Notes: generated by a model not told the origin, from the sequence alone. A stretch of DNA of 64,000 nt from Candidatus Latescibacterota bacterium (GCA_965206595.1 OZ242214.1:6432001-6496000), one strand, 5' to 3'. Counted from the first letter of the stretch, positions 45,186 through 54,870 are shown. A program made the numbers and translations.

Positions 45186-46163
45186 ATGACTCTTCCCCGG
45201 ATCGAGAAACGATGTCGCGCCCCCCTGTTCCTGCTCCTCCTGCTGGCCGTCTCGGCCGGCCTGTCTGCCCAGGCCGGGGCCCACAGCGGCGGCCGCGTAT
45301 TCCCTATTCCAGAGCTAACGGACGAGATGCTGGAACAGATCCAGCTCGACGACGGCTCGGTAGACGAATGGTTCGAGTTGATCGGCGAGCCGGCCATGAC
45401 CCTGCTGGATTTTCAGACCCACAGCAACTTCCTACCGCCGGATCCCTCCAATCTCGACTTCCGCATCTGGCTGGCCTGGCACGACGACCCGGATCGTCTC
45501 TACGTCGCCTTCGTGGGCGCCGATGATCTGTACAAGAACAACCACGACTACGATGCTTTTGGCGTCCGAAGTTCTATCGACAGCCATGACAGCATCACTC
45601 TGGCCATCGACGGAGATCACAGCGGCGGGGCAGGGGTAACCAGCACTTCGTCGCAAGAGGAATTGCTGGAGGCAAGGGGCCAAACTCAGCGATATGAGGC
45701 GATTGCCCGCACCGTCAGCGGGCCGCTCATCAGTAACGGGCTTTATGAAGGGACCGGGGTATTCTCCTGGAAGGTGTTTCCTCCGTACGGGGATGCCGGC
45801 GGGGGCGTCTTCGGGGAAGCGCCGGTCATCAGCGTAATCGAGCTGTATGTCACCCCGTACGACCGGTGGGGGGCGTGGAATGAGATCGAAGAGACCGAGT
45901 TCAGCGATCTGGCCGCGGGACAGGTGATCGGCTTTGCGATCATGGTGAATGACCGGGACGACGAAGAGTTAGGCGGGTGGCCCTGGACACCCGAAGCCAT
46001 GGAGCCCAGTAATCCCCGTCACGGTACGGAAGTCGACATGCGGAAAGTTCGAGCGGATTTCTTTCTCGACGGCATCCTGCTGCCAGCCGGCGCCGAACCG
46101 GAAGGCACCGCGGTCGAGTCGGTCTCTTGGGGGCGGATCAAGGCCTCCCTTGAGATGGAATAG
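45186..46163 (+). CDS. Secreted CBM9/DOMON-like WGRIKA protein (paralog 3)
   Basis: AGA|HSGGRVFPI...VESVSWGRIKASLEME. Confidence 0.85.
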   Translation: MTLPRIEKRCRAPLFLLLLLAVSAGLSAQAGAHSGGRVFPIPELTDEMLEQIQLDDGSVDEWFELIGEPAMTLLDFQTHSNFLPPDPSNLDFRIWLAWHDDPDRLYVAFVGADDLYKNNHDYDAFGVRSSIDSHDSITLAIDGDHSGGAGVTSTSSQEELLEARGQTQRYEAIARTVSGPLISNGLYEGTGVFSWKVFPPYGDAGGGVFGEAPVISVIELYVTPYDRWGAWNEIEETEFSDLAAGQVIGFAIMVNDRDDEELGGWPWTPEAMEPSNPRHGTEVDMRKVRADFFLDGILLPAGAEPEGTAVESVSWGRIKASLEME

Positions 46164-46259
46164 CATGCGTTTCGGACACTTCGTCCATCCGAAGTCGTTC
46201 CAGACGGCCCGATAGGTCGTCCGGCGATATCCGTTCTTGAACTAAAGGAGAGCAAGCCG
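46164..46259. repeat. Structured intergenic repeat, copy 2
   Basis: Near-identical to 45092-45185. Confidence 0.85.
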
Positions 46260-47249
46260 ATGACCCTTGCCCGGATCGAGAAACGATGTAGCACCTCCCT
46301 GTTCCTGCTCCTTTCGTTGGCCGTCTCGGCCGGCCTGTCCCCCCAGGCAGACGCCCACAGCGGCGGCCGCGTGTACCCGATTGCCTATCTCAGCGACGAG
46401 ATGCTGGAACAGATCCAGCTCGACGACGGCTCGGTAGACGAATGGTTCGAGCTGATCGGCGAGCCGGCCATGACCCTGCTGGATTTTTCCAGCCAGAATG
46501 ACTTCGAGGCTCTTGATCCGTCCGACCTGGATTTCCGCATCTGGCTGGCCTGGAACGATGACCCCGACCGTCTCTACGTGGCTTTCGTGTCCAGCGACGA
46601 CGTGTACACGAACAATCACGACTACGAAGCAATTCGGGGATCTCTTCGAGATCTCATACATCTCTATGACAGCATCACTCTGGCCATCGATGGAGATCAC
46701 AGCGGGGGCAGGGGCTGTCCCTACAATTGCCAGATGGAGGATTCGCGGGAGGTCCGTAGCAGAACGCAGCGCTACGAGGCCATCGCGCGCACCGTCAGCG
46801 GTCCCACCCTGGATGATTCATCTACCAGATATATAACGGAAGAGATCGCCTGGACGGTCCTGCCTCCCTACGGGCAGGGAGGCGGCGGCGTAGCAGGGGA
46901 AGCCCCGACGATCAGCGTGATCGAGTTCTACGTCACCCCGTTTGACCGCTTTTCGTCCGATGACCCCGAGGGGAGCGTGGTCAGCGATCTGGCCGCGGGC
47001 CAGGTCATCGGCTTTGCTATCATGGTCAATGACTGGGATAGTTTTGATAGGGACAATGGGGATACATCGTACTGGGTACCCGAAGCCATGAATCGCGGTG
47101 ATGCCGACGACAGGCAGCATGAGATAGATGCCGGTTGGGCGGATCTTTTTCTCGACGGCATCCTGCTGCCGGCCGGCGCCGGGCCGGAAGACACCGCGGT
47201 CGAGTCGGTCTCCTGGGGGCGGATCAAGGCCTCCCTGGAGATGGAGTAA
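46260..47249 (+). CDS. Secreted CBM9/DOMON-like WGRIKA protein (paralog 4)
   Basis: ADA|HSGGRVYPI...VESVSWGRIKASLEME. Confidence 0.85.
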   Translation: MTLARIEKRCSTSLFLLLSLAVSAGLSPQADAHSGGRVYPIAYLSDEMLEQIQLDDGSVDEWFELIGEPAMTLLDFSSQNDFEALDPSDLDFRIWLAWNDDPDRLYVAFVSSDDVYTNNHDYEAIRGSLRDLIHLYDSITLAIDGDHSGGRGCPYNCQMEDSREVRSRTQRYEAIARTVSGPTLDDSSTRYITEEIAWTVLPPYGQGGGGVAGEAPTISVIEFYVTPFDRFSSDDPEGSVVSDLAAGQVIGFAIMVNDWDSFDRDNGDTSYWVPEAMNRGDADDRQHEIDAGWADLFLDGILLPAGAGPEDTAVESVSWGRIKASLEME

Positions 47250-47333
47250 CCCGTCATCCCCTCATCGAGCCCTCGACGGGTTACCCAAACTCGACCGACC
47301 CCCCTTCCCAATCACACTTCACGGGACTGACCC

Positions 47334-47958
47334 ATGACTGGATCGCCTTGCAGGCTGACAGCCGGCTTGTCCCTTTTTTCGCTTCTCTGGCAGCTGTCCA
47401 ATCCGGAGGCGGCCCACAGCCAGGTCGAGAGCGTCTTTCGCATGGCTCGGGACGGATCCTCCATCGAGCGCCTGTCCTCGACAGAGGGCCGGACCACTCC
47501 AACCTGGAGGCAGGACGGCCGGTTATTGTACGTGGCGCACACCGAAAATGGGAACGAGTTTCACCTCGCCTCCCCGGCCGGGGAGGTACTCCTGAGAGTG
47601 CCGGTACCGCCGCGGATAACCAGCGTGGGCGGGGTATCCTGGTTTCCCGACGGCACCCGGATCGCCTTCGCCGGAAAAACAGAGGAGCTGGAGTCCTACG
47701 ACATCTACGTCATGAAGCTCGGTGCCGGAGACGCGGCCATTGAGCCGATCCTGGCGGACGCCATCCAGCCGGCCTTATCGCCTGACGGACAACACCTCGC
47801 TTTCACCACCCACCGCGACGGCAATCTCGAACTGTATGTCGCCGACCACCACGGCCGGAACCTGCGTCACCCGGCTGACCTCGGGGCATGACGGCGACTG
47901 GAAGCCGGCTTGGTCACCTGACAGCAAGAGCCCCTGTTTCGTCTCCAGCCGGGAGTAA
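47334..47958 (+). pseudogene. TolB/PD40-repeat secreted protein, apparently internally deleted and frameshifted (~47866)
   Basis: SWFPDGTRIAF and PALSPDGQHLAF.THRDGNLELY; second frame RLT...PAWSPDSK. Confidence 0.65.
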
Positions 47959-48230
47959 ACACAGTACTTCCACGGGCTGATCCGTTGGTTCAGGAGGAGG
48001 CCGCTGGTTATCACGTCCCCGAACGAAGCCCACCACTGCCCCAATACCGCGCAAGCACAGGCTCAGGCTTCAAACCTCCTCTGATCACCACTCAAGCTGC
48101 AGCGCGGAGACCCCGCCGCGCGATCCCCGCGCCCTGATCGGCTACATTTCTTGACAGCCCCGGGGGCGGACGCGAGTTTCTCCCGCCCCATCGCGTCAGA
48201 CAGTTCTAACCCTATAAGACAGACAGACTT

Positions 48231-49388
48231 ATGGCCTTTCAGGAAATCCTTGAATTCCGCAGCCCGACGCGGTTGCTGCACGGTCCCGGCGCCCTCTCCC
48301 GGCTGCCCGAACTGCTGCCTTCCGGCACCCGGGTCCTCGTCGTCACTGACCATGGGCTGCGCGAGGCCGGGGTGATCGACCAAGTCGCCGCGGTCCTCGA
48401 GGAAGCGGAGATCGACCACACCGTGTTCTCCGATGTGCTCCCGAACCCGCCGGCGGGCTGCGTCGAGGAGGGGGCCCGCTTCTTCGCGGAACAGGGGTGC
48501 GGAGCCCTGCTCGGCGTGGGGGGCGGCAGTCCGATGGACGTCGCAAAGATGATCGGCGTCCTCGTATCCCACGGGGGCCGCATCGAGGAATACCTGATGG
48601 CGCCGGGAAAGATCACCGTCGACATCCCGCCCCTGGTCTGCGTGCCGACGACCTACGGCACCGGCAGCGAGGTCACCCCGTTCGCGGTGCTGACCAACCC
48701 GGCATCCCGCAACAAGGACCCGGTCATCAGCTGGCGGATCGCCCCGCGCGCCGGCATCCTCGATGGCGCCCTGTGCACGGCCCTTCCCGCCGCGGTCGGC
48801 GGCCCCACCGGAATGGACGCCTTGACCCACGCCATCGAGTCGTACACCAACCTGATGGCTTCCCCGGCAAGCGACGCCATCGCGCTCGAGGCGATGCGCC
48901 TGATCGGGGAAAACCTGCGGCTCGCCTGCGCCAACGATCACGAAACCGAAGCGACGCAGAACATGCTGCTGGCCAGCGCCATGGCCGGGATCGCCTTTTC
49001 GCAGACCCGGCTCGGCAACGTGCACGCCATGTCGCACCCGGTCGGAGCCCAGTTCGGCGTCCACCACGGTCTCGCCAACGCCGTGCTGCTGCCCTACGTG
49101 ATGGAGTTCAACCTGGTTTCGAGGGCCGGCCAGTTCGCCGACGTCGCCGAGGCCCTGGGGGGAGATACCGAAGGGATGGGCGACCAGGAGGTTGCCCGCC
49201 TCGCCGTGAAGCTGGTGCGGCAGCTCAACGAGGATCTGGGGATCCCGGAGAAGCTGGGAACGCTCGGGGTCGAGGAGAGCGGTATCGACGCCCTGGCCGA
49301 AGCCACCATGCAGAGCGGCAACATTGCCGTAAACCCGCGCAAGACCACGCGCCGGGACGTCGAGGAGATCTTCAGGCAGGCGATATAG
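48231..49388 (+). CDS. Iron-containing alcohol dehydrogenase
   Basis: GGGSPMDVAK, PTTYGTGSEVT, DALTHAIE, HAMSH, HGLANA. Confidence 0.93.
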   Translation: MAFQEILEFRSPTRLLHGPGALSRLPELLPSGTRVLVVTDHGLREAGVIDQVAAVLEEAEIDHTVFSDVLPNPPAGCVEEGARFFAEQGCGALLGVGGGSPMDVAKMIGVLVSHGGRIEEYLMAPGKITVDIPPLVCVPTTYGTGSEVTPFAVLTNPASRNKDPVISWRIAPRAGILDGALCTALPAAVGGPTGMDALTHAIESYTNLMASPASDAIALEAMRLIGENLRLACANDHETEATQNMLLASAMAGIAFSQTRLGNVHAMSHPVGAQFGVHHGLANAVLLPYVMEFNLVSRAGQFADVAEALGGDTEGMGDQEVARLAVKLVRQLNEDLGIPEKLGTLGVEESGIDALAEATMQSGNIAVNPRKTTRRDVEEIFRQAI

Positions 49389-49483
49389 ACCCCTGCCGGG
49401 AGCCGTGACCGGCGCCCGGAATTGCCTACATTTTGTCGCCACTGACACCGGAACTCGAAACACCAAACAAGCAGGAGCGGATC

Positions 49484-50743
49484 ATGCAACTTCCCAGGAT
49501 GATGCGGGTCAAACAGCGTTTCGACGGACCTACCCTCGAAGACATTCCCGGCGCCGTGCGCGAGGAGATCGCCAAACAGAATCTCTCGGACAAGGTCGCC
49601 AGGGGGGACAGCGTCGCCATCAGCGTCGGCAGCCGCGGCATCGCCAACATCGCCCTGATCACCAGAACCGTGATCGAGGAGCTGCAGGTTCTGGGGGCCG
49701 AGCCGTTCGTGGTCCCGGCGATGGGCAGCCACGGCGGCGGCAAGGCCGAGGGGCAGCGCGGCATCATCGAGAGCTACGGCGTTACAGAGGAGTACATAGG
49801 GGCGCCGATCCGGTCGTCGATGGAGGTGGTGCAGGTCGGCGAGACCGGGGACGGGGTGCCGGTCTTCTTCGACAAGTACGCGTACGAGGCGGACCACGTG
49901 GTCGTCGCCGGGCGCGTCAAGCCGCACACCGGGTTCGTCGGCGAGATCGAGAGCGGCCTGCACAAGATGATGCTGATCGGCCTCGGCAAGCATAAAGGAG
50001 CCGCCCTCTACCACCAGGCCATCGTCCATTACAGCTTTGACCGCATCGTGCGCGCCGTCGGCCAGACCGTGATCGACAAGTGCGGGGTGCTGTTCGGCCT
50101 CGGCATCGTCGAGAACCAGTACGACAGGACGGCGCTGGTGCGCACCGTGGAACCGGAGAACTTCGTCGAGGGGGAGAAGGAGCTGCTGCTGCTCGCCAAG
50201 AAGTGGATGCCCTCGCTGCCGTTCGAGCAGATCGACGTGCTCGTCGTCGAGGAGATGGGCAAGAACATCAGCGGCGCCGGCATGGACACCAACGTCATCG
50301 GCCGCAAGTACTACGACCACAAGGCGGCCGAGAAGGAGTACCCCAAGGTCACCCGCATCGCCGTGCGCAGCCTGACCGAGGAGACCCACGGCAACGCTTC
50401 CGGCATCGGCATGGCCGACTACATCCACGCGCGCATCCTCGACCAGATCGACCTCGAGGCCACGGCCATCAACACCATGACCGGCAACCACCCGTCGGCC
50501 GGGGCGGTGCCGATCTGCTTCGACAGCGACCGCAAGGTGCTCGAAGCCGCGCTGTCGACCTGCGGGCTGGTGGAGCCGCCCGACGCCAGGGTGGTGCGCA
50601 TCCGCAACACCCTCGACGTCGGGGAGATCCTCGTTTCGGAGGCCTGCGAGAAGGAGGTGGCGCGCCGCGACGAGCTCAGCGTCGTCGAGCCGCCGCAGGA
50701 GATGCGGTTCGACGCCAACGACGACCTGCTCCCCTTCGAGTGA
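49484..50743 (+). CDS. LarA/lactate racemase-domain protein
   Basis: VGSRGI, PAMGSHGG, RVKPHT, GLGKH, GKNISGAGMDTN. Confidence 0.75.
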   Translation: MQLPRMMRVKQRFDGPTLEDIPGAVREEIAKQNLSDKVARGDSVAISVGSRGIANIALITRTVIEELQVLGAEPFVVPAMGSHGGGKAEGQRGIIESYGVTEEYIGAPIRSSMEVVQVGETGDGVPVFFDKYAYEADHVVVAGRVKPHTGFVGEIESGLHKMMLIGLGKHKGAALYHQAIVHYSFDRIVRAVGQTVIDKCGVLFGLGIVENQYDRTALVRTVEPENFVEGEKELLLLAKKWMPSLPFEQIDVLVVEEMGKNISGAGMDTNVIGRKYYDHKAAEKEYPKVTRIAVRSLTEETHGNASGIGMADYIHARILDQIDLEATAINTMTGNHPSAGAVPICFDSDRKVLEAALSTCGLVEPPDARVVRIRNTLDVGEILVSEACEKEVARRDELSVVEPPQEMRFDANDDLLPFE

Positions 50744-50768
50744 CCCGGTACCGGCAAGAGGAGGAGTC

Positions 50769-51884
50769 ATGGCGATTCAAGCGGCAGTGATGACGGAACC
50801 CGGCGCGGTCGAGGTGCGGGAGTTCCCGCGCCCCGACATCGCCGCGGACGAGCTGCTGCTCGAGATCGAGAGCACCGGCATCTGCGGCAGCGACAAGCAC
50901 ATCTACGCCGGCCACATGCCGCTGCAGTTCCCCCTCGTTCCAGGTCACGAGCTCGTCGGCAGGATCGCCGAGATCGGGTCGCGCGCCGCCGCGGAGATGG
51001 CTGTAGTCGGGGGGCCCCTCGCCGAAGGGGACCGCGTCACCACCACCCCGAGCTCGACCGCCTGCGGCCGCTGCCACTACTGCCTGCACATGCCGCAGCG
51101 GCCCACCCTCTGCACCGGGCGCTACGTGCACGGGTTCGTCTCCTGCGACCTGCCGCCGGCCCCGCGCGGCGGCTTCGCCGAGCAGATGCACCTGGGGCCG
51201 CGCTCCTGGATCTTCAGGATCCCCGACGAGCTGAGCTCGGACCGCGCCGTGCTCACCGAGCCGGCCGCGGTCGCCACCCGCGCCGTCGAGCGCGCCCTCG
51301 GCCCCGGCATCCCCCACATCGGCGAGGGCCTCGGCATGGACAAGTCCGTGCTCGTGCTCGGGGCCGGGCCGATCGGCCAGCTCGTCATCGCCGTCCTCGC
51401 CCATATCGGCACCGACCTGATCATCGCCTCCGACCTGAGCGCTTCCCGCCTGGAGATGGCCGCGGCGATGGGGGCGCACCGGGTCGTCGACGCCGCCGCC
51501 GACCTCGACGAGCGGCTGCAGGAAGTGCAGGAGCTGACCGGCGGGATCGGCCCGGACATCGTCATCGAAACCGCCGGGGTCCCCGTCGTCTTCAAGGAGT
51601 CCCTCGACCTGGTGAAGCGGGGCGGCATCGTCGTCGAGGTCGGCCACTTCACCGACCCGGGCGGCGTCGACATCCACCCCAACACCGTCTGCTTCAAGGA
51701 CCTCGACATCCGCGGCATGTGGGCCTACCCGGCGATGCAGTTCAAAACGGCCTTGAGCTTCCTCAAGAACTCCTCCGCACCTCTCGACCGCTTCATCACC
51801 CACCGGGTGGGGCTCGCCGATACCGAAGAGGGTATCCGCCTCACCGGCAGCGAGGGTTCGATGAAGGTGGTCGTCGAGCCCTGA
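50769..51884 (+). CDS. Zinc-dependent (MDR) dehydrogenase
   Basis: GICGSD.H, GHE, CGRCHYC...C, GAGPIG. Confidence 0.92.
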   Translation: MAIQAAVMTEPGAVEVREFPRPDIAADELLLEIESTGICGSDKHIYAGHMPLQFPLVPGHELVGRIAEIGSRAAAEMAVVGGPLAEGDRVTTTPSSTACGRCHYCLHMPQRPTLCTGRYVHGFVSCDLPPAPRGGFAEQMHLGPRSWIFRIPDELSSDRAVLTEPAAVATRAVERALGPGIPHIGEGLGMDKSVLVLGAGPIGQLVIAVLAHIGTDLIIASDLSASRLEMAAAMGAHRVVDAAADLDERLQEVQELTGGIGPDIVIETAGVPVVFKESLDLVKRGGIVVEVGHFTDPGGVDIHPNTVCFKDLDIRGMWAYPAMQFKTALSFLKNSSAPLDRFITHRVGLADTEEGIRLTGSEGSMKVVVEP

Positions 51885-51965
51885 CCGGACCCGCAGTTTT
51901 CCTGACAATCTGGGAACGCCCCATGACCCGGGCGGCGGCGGCTGTGGTACCAGGGAACTTCCATA

Positions 51966-53513
51966 ATGGCGAGACGCAGACTGCCCATCGGCATTCAGAA
52001 CTTCCGCAAGATCCGGGAGCAGGATTTCTATTACGTCGACAAGACAGGATATATCCGTGCCCTCCTCGACGAGGGCACGCATTACTTCCTTTCGCGGCCG
52101 CGTCGCTTCGGCAAGAGCCTGTTTCTCGACACCTTGAAGGAGCTGTTCGAAGGAAACGAGCCGCTATTCGAGGGATTGTACATCCACGACCACTGGGATT
52201 GGCGCGTGCGCTATCCCGTCCTGCACCTCAGTTTCGGCAGCGGGAACTTCAGTGAGCCGGGCTACCTGCGGGCCAACCTCATGGAACAGCTCGCCGCGGC
52301 TGAACGTCGAGCGGGGATCGTTTCGGAGTACACCACAGCTCCCGGACGCTTTGCGTCTCTATTGGAAATCCTTCACGACCAAGCCGGACAGCGCGTGGCC
52401 GTCCTGGTGGACGAATACGACAAGCCGATCCTCGACGCGCTGGAAGTCCCCGAAATAGCCCGCGCCAACCGCGACTTCCTGCGCGGCCTCTACGCCACCA
52501 TCAAGGACTGCGACGCACACGTCCACTTCACCTTTCTCACAGGCGTAAGCAAGTTCTCCAAGGTCCGTCTGTTCTCCGGCCTCAACAACCTCACCGACAT
52601 CACCATCGACCCGCGGTATTCCGCCATCTGCGGCTACACCGAGACAGACCTCGACACCGTATTCGCACCCGAGTTGCAAGGTCTGGACCGGGACGAGATC
52701 CGCGACTGGTACAACGGCTACGGCTGGCTTGGCGACGAAAAGGTGTACAACCCGTTCGACATTCTCCTGCTGTTCGACAAGCGCACCTTCGGCGCCTACT
52801 GGTTCGAGACCGGCACACCCACGTTCCTTGTCGAAACCCTGTTCAAACACCGCACCAGTTCCCTCGAACTCAATAATCTGGTCGGCAACGACGCGTTGTT
52901 ATCCGCCTTCGAGGTCGACGACATAGGAACGGAGGCCCTGCTGTTCCAGACCGGTTACCTCACCATCACAGAGAAAGAAGACCTCGGCGGCGAGTCTCTC
53001 TATCGGCTGGGCTATCCCAACCGGGAGGTGCGTCAAAGCCTCAACGAAAGCCTGCTGCGCTACCTGGTGAAGGACTCGACGCGCCAGATGGCGAACAGCG
53101 TGCGCCTGTACCGGTTGCTCGAAGCCAACGACTTCGCCGGCCTCGAGACCTTGTTCCACGCCTTCTTCGCCAGCATACCCTACGAGTGGTACACCAACAA
53201 CGACATCGCCGATTTCGAGGGCTACTACGCCAGCGTGTTCTATTCCTACTTCGCGGGGTTGGGACTTGAGATTACCGTAGAAGACAGCAGCAGCCATGGC
53301 CGTGTGGATATGGCCGTCAATTTCAACGCCGCCGTCTATCTGTTCGAGTTCAAAGTGGTCGAAATGGCATCCAAGGGCGCGGCAATGGAGCAATTGAAGG
53401 AGAAGGGATACGCGGACAAATACCGCGGCCTGGACCAGCCGATCCACCTGATAGCCGTAGAGTTCAGCAAGAACACCCGCAACATAACGGCCTTCGAGGT
53501 CGCCCGCGCGTGA
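51966..53513 (+). CDS. AAA-ATPase-like protein with C-terminal PD-(D/E)XK nuclease domain
   Basis: LPIGIQNF, RPRRFGKSL, DEYDKP, WYNGY, GRVDM...FEFK. Confidence 0.9.
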   Translation: MARRRLPIGIQNFRKIREQDFYYVDKTGYIRALLDEGTHYFLSRPRRFGKSLFLDTLKELFEGNEPLFEGLYIHDHWDWRVRYPVLHLSFGSGNFSEPGYLRANLMEQLAAAERRAGIVSEYTTAPGRFASLLEILHDQAGQRVAVLVDEYDKPILDALEVPEIARANRDFLRGLYATIKDCDAHVHFTFLTGVSKFSKVRLFSGLNNLTDITIDPRYSAICGYTETDLDTVFAPELQGLDRDEIRDWYNGYGWLGDEKVYNPFDILLLFDKRTFGAYWFETGTPTFLVETLFKHRTSSLELNNLVGNDALLSAFEVDDIGTEALLFQTGYLTITEKEDLGGESLYRLGYPNREVRQSLNESLLRYLVKDSTRQMANSVRLYRLLEANDFAGLETLFHAFFASIPYEWYTNNDIADFEGYYASVFYSYFAGLGLEITVEDSSSHGRVDMAVNFNAAVYLFEFKVVEMASKGAAMEQLKEKGYADKYRGLDQPIHLIAVEFSKNTRNITAFEVARA

Positions 53514-53592
53514 TTATGAAACGTGAAGGGGGGAAGGGCCACGGGCGTTCCGGATGGTGGTCCACGCTCACGGACCCTCCTCTGCTGATTCG

Positions 53593-53946
53593 ATGACCCA
53601 TATGAATACGATCGAATCCCCTATCGACAAAGCCGCTATCCAAACCGTGGCGCAATTGATCGTGGAACGGTTCGATCCGGAAATGGTCATCCTTTTCGGC
53701 AGCCATGCTCGAGGGCAGGCTGGTATGCACAGCGATGTAGACCTGTTGGTCGTGATGCGTGAAGATGCAGGCCGGAAACAACCTGGAAACCCAATTCGCA
53801 GGGCGATTGCCGAACGGTTCGTTCTTCCTGTCGATGTTATAATCAGCTCTCCGGAAGTCTTTGCCAGGGAGCGAGCCAATCCATATTCGCTGATCCACAA
53901 GGCCCTGGAAGAAGGAGAAATGCTGTATGAGCGACCTACCGCCTGA
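53593..53946 (+). CDS. Minimal nucleotidyltransferase (MNT)
   Basis: ILFGSHARG...SDVDLLVV. Confidence 0.88.
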   Translation: MTHMNTIESPIDKAAIQTVAQLIVERFDPEMVILFGSHARGQAGMHSDVDLLVVMREDAGRKQPGNPIRRAIAERFVLPVDVIISSPEVFARERANPYSLIHKALEEGEMLYERPTA

Positions 53947-54309
53947 ATGGGACTGGTTCCGGAAAGGAGATCAGGATCTGGAAATGGCTCGTCGGGCACT
54001 GGGGCCGGGAACCCCTTGCCGGCGATGGCCTGTTATCACTCCCAGCAATGCACAGAAAAATACCTGAAAGGCTATCTGGTTGCTCACTCGGTCCCCTTTC
54101 GCTACGTGCACGATCTTGTCTACCTCACGCAGCTTTGCAAAGAAGGGAACCCAGTCTTTGAGGAGCTGATGCAGGCTGCTGAAATTTTAAATGAATATGG
54201 AGCGGCAGTACGGTATCCGAGTGAGAACTCAGCAGAACCCGACCTCAATGCGGCCAAAGAGGCCGTTCGTCTGGCGGAGCAGGTCGCTGCGCTTATAACT
54301 CAGAATTAA
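53927..54309 (+). CDS. HEPN domain protein (frameshift ~54008)
   Basis: WFRKGDQDLEMA in the first frame; CYHSQQCTEKYLKG, HDL and RYP in the second. Confidence 0.82.
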
Positions 54310-54379
54310 ACCCCGAGCAGTTCGCTCAGCGCCTCGCGAAACATCAACCCCCTGCCCATCCACCCCTTCGGCCCGGACC

Positions 54380-54870
54380 TCAGGCGAGGGCCTCCCGGAG
54401 GAAGCCGTAGGCGCGGGCGCCGCTGATCTGGTGCCGCCCCGAGAAGATATCCGCCTTCACCCCGTCCCCGGCACCTAAAACCCCGTACACACTGCGCGCC
54501 TTGGCCAGGCCGGAGCGCACCGCGGAAACCGGGAAGATCGGGTCGTGGGTGCCGGCTTCCACCAGCATCGGCCGCGGGGCGATGAGGCCGGCCAGATCGT
54601 GCATTTCGCCGAACTCCGCCAACCCCGGCACGTAGTTGCAGGGGCAGTGCGCCATGGCGAAGAGACTGTCCCGGAAGGTCGAGTAATAGCCGCTGACCAC
54701 GCAGGCGCGGATGCGCTCGTCGATGCAGGTGGAAAAGAAGGTGTGCATGCCGCCCCCTGAAATACCCATGGCCCCGAGGCGGCCGGTGTCGAACTCGGGG
54801 CGGGTCTCGAGGTAGTCGACGAGGCGCCGGCCGTCGCCCACGCGGATGCCGACCACTGACTTCGCCCAAA
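54380..54870 (-). pseudogene. C-terminal fragment of a dienelactone hydrolase/esterase-family alpha/beta hydrolase
   Basis: GISGGG nucleophile elbow, DERI, HCPCNYVPG, IAPRP; N-terminal half absent. Confidence 0.7.

Noticed and set aside
44137-47249. CRISPR array, integron cassettes or DGR as the source of the repeats
   Set aside because: No short regularly spaced repeats, attC-like ends, integrase or reverse transcriptase; variation is not adenine-specific
49427-49437. TACATTTTGTC as a NifA-like operator
   Set aside because: Spacer is N3 rather than N4, single copy, no -24/-12 element downstream
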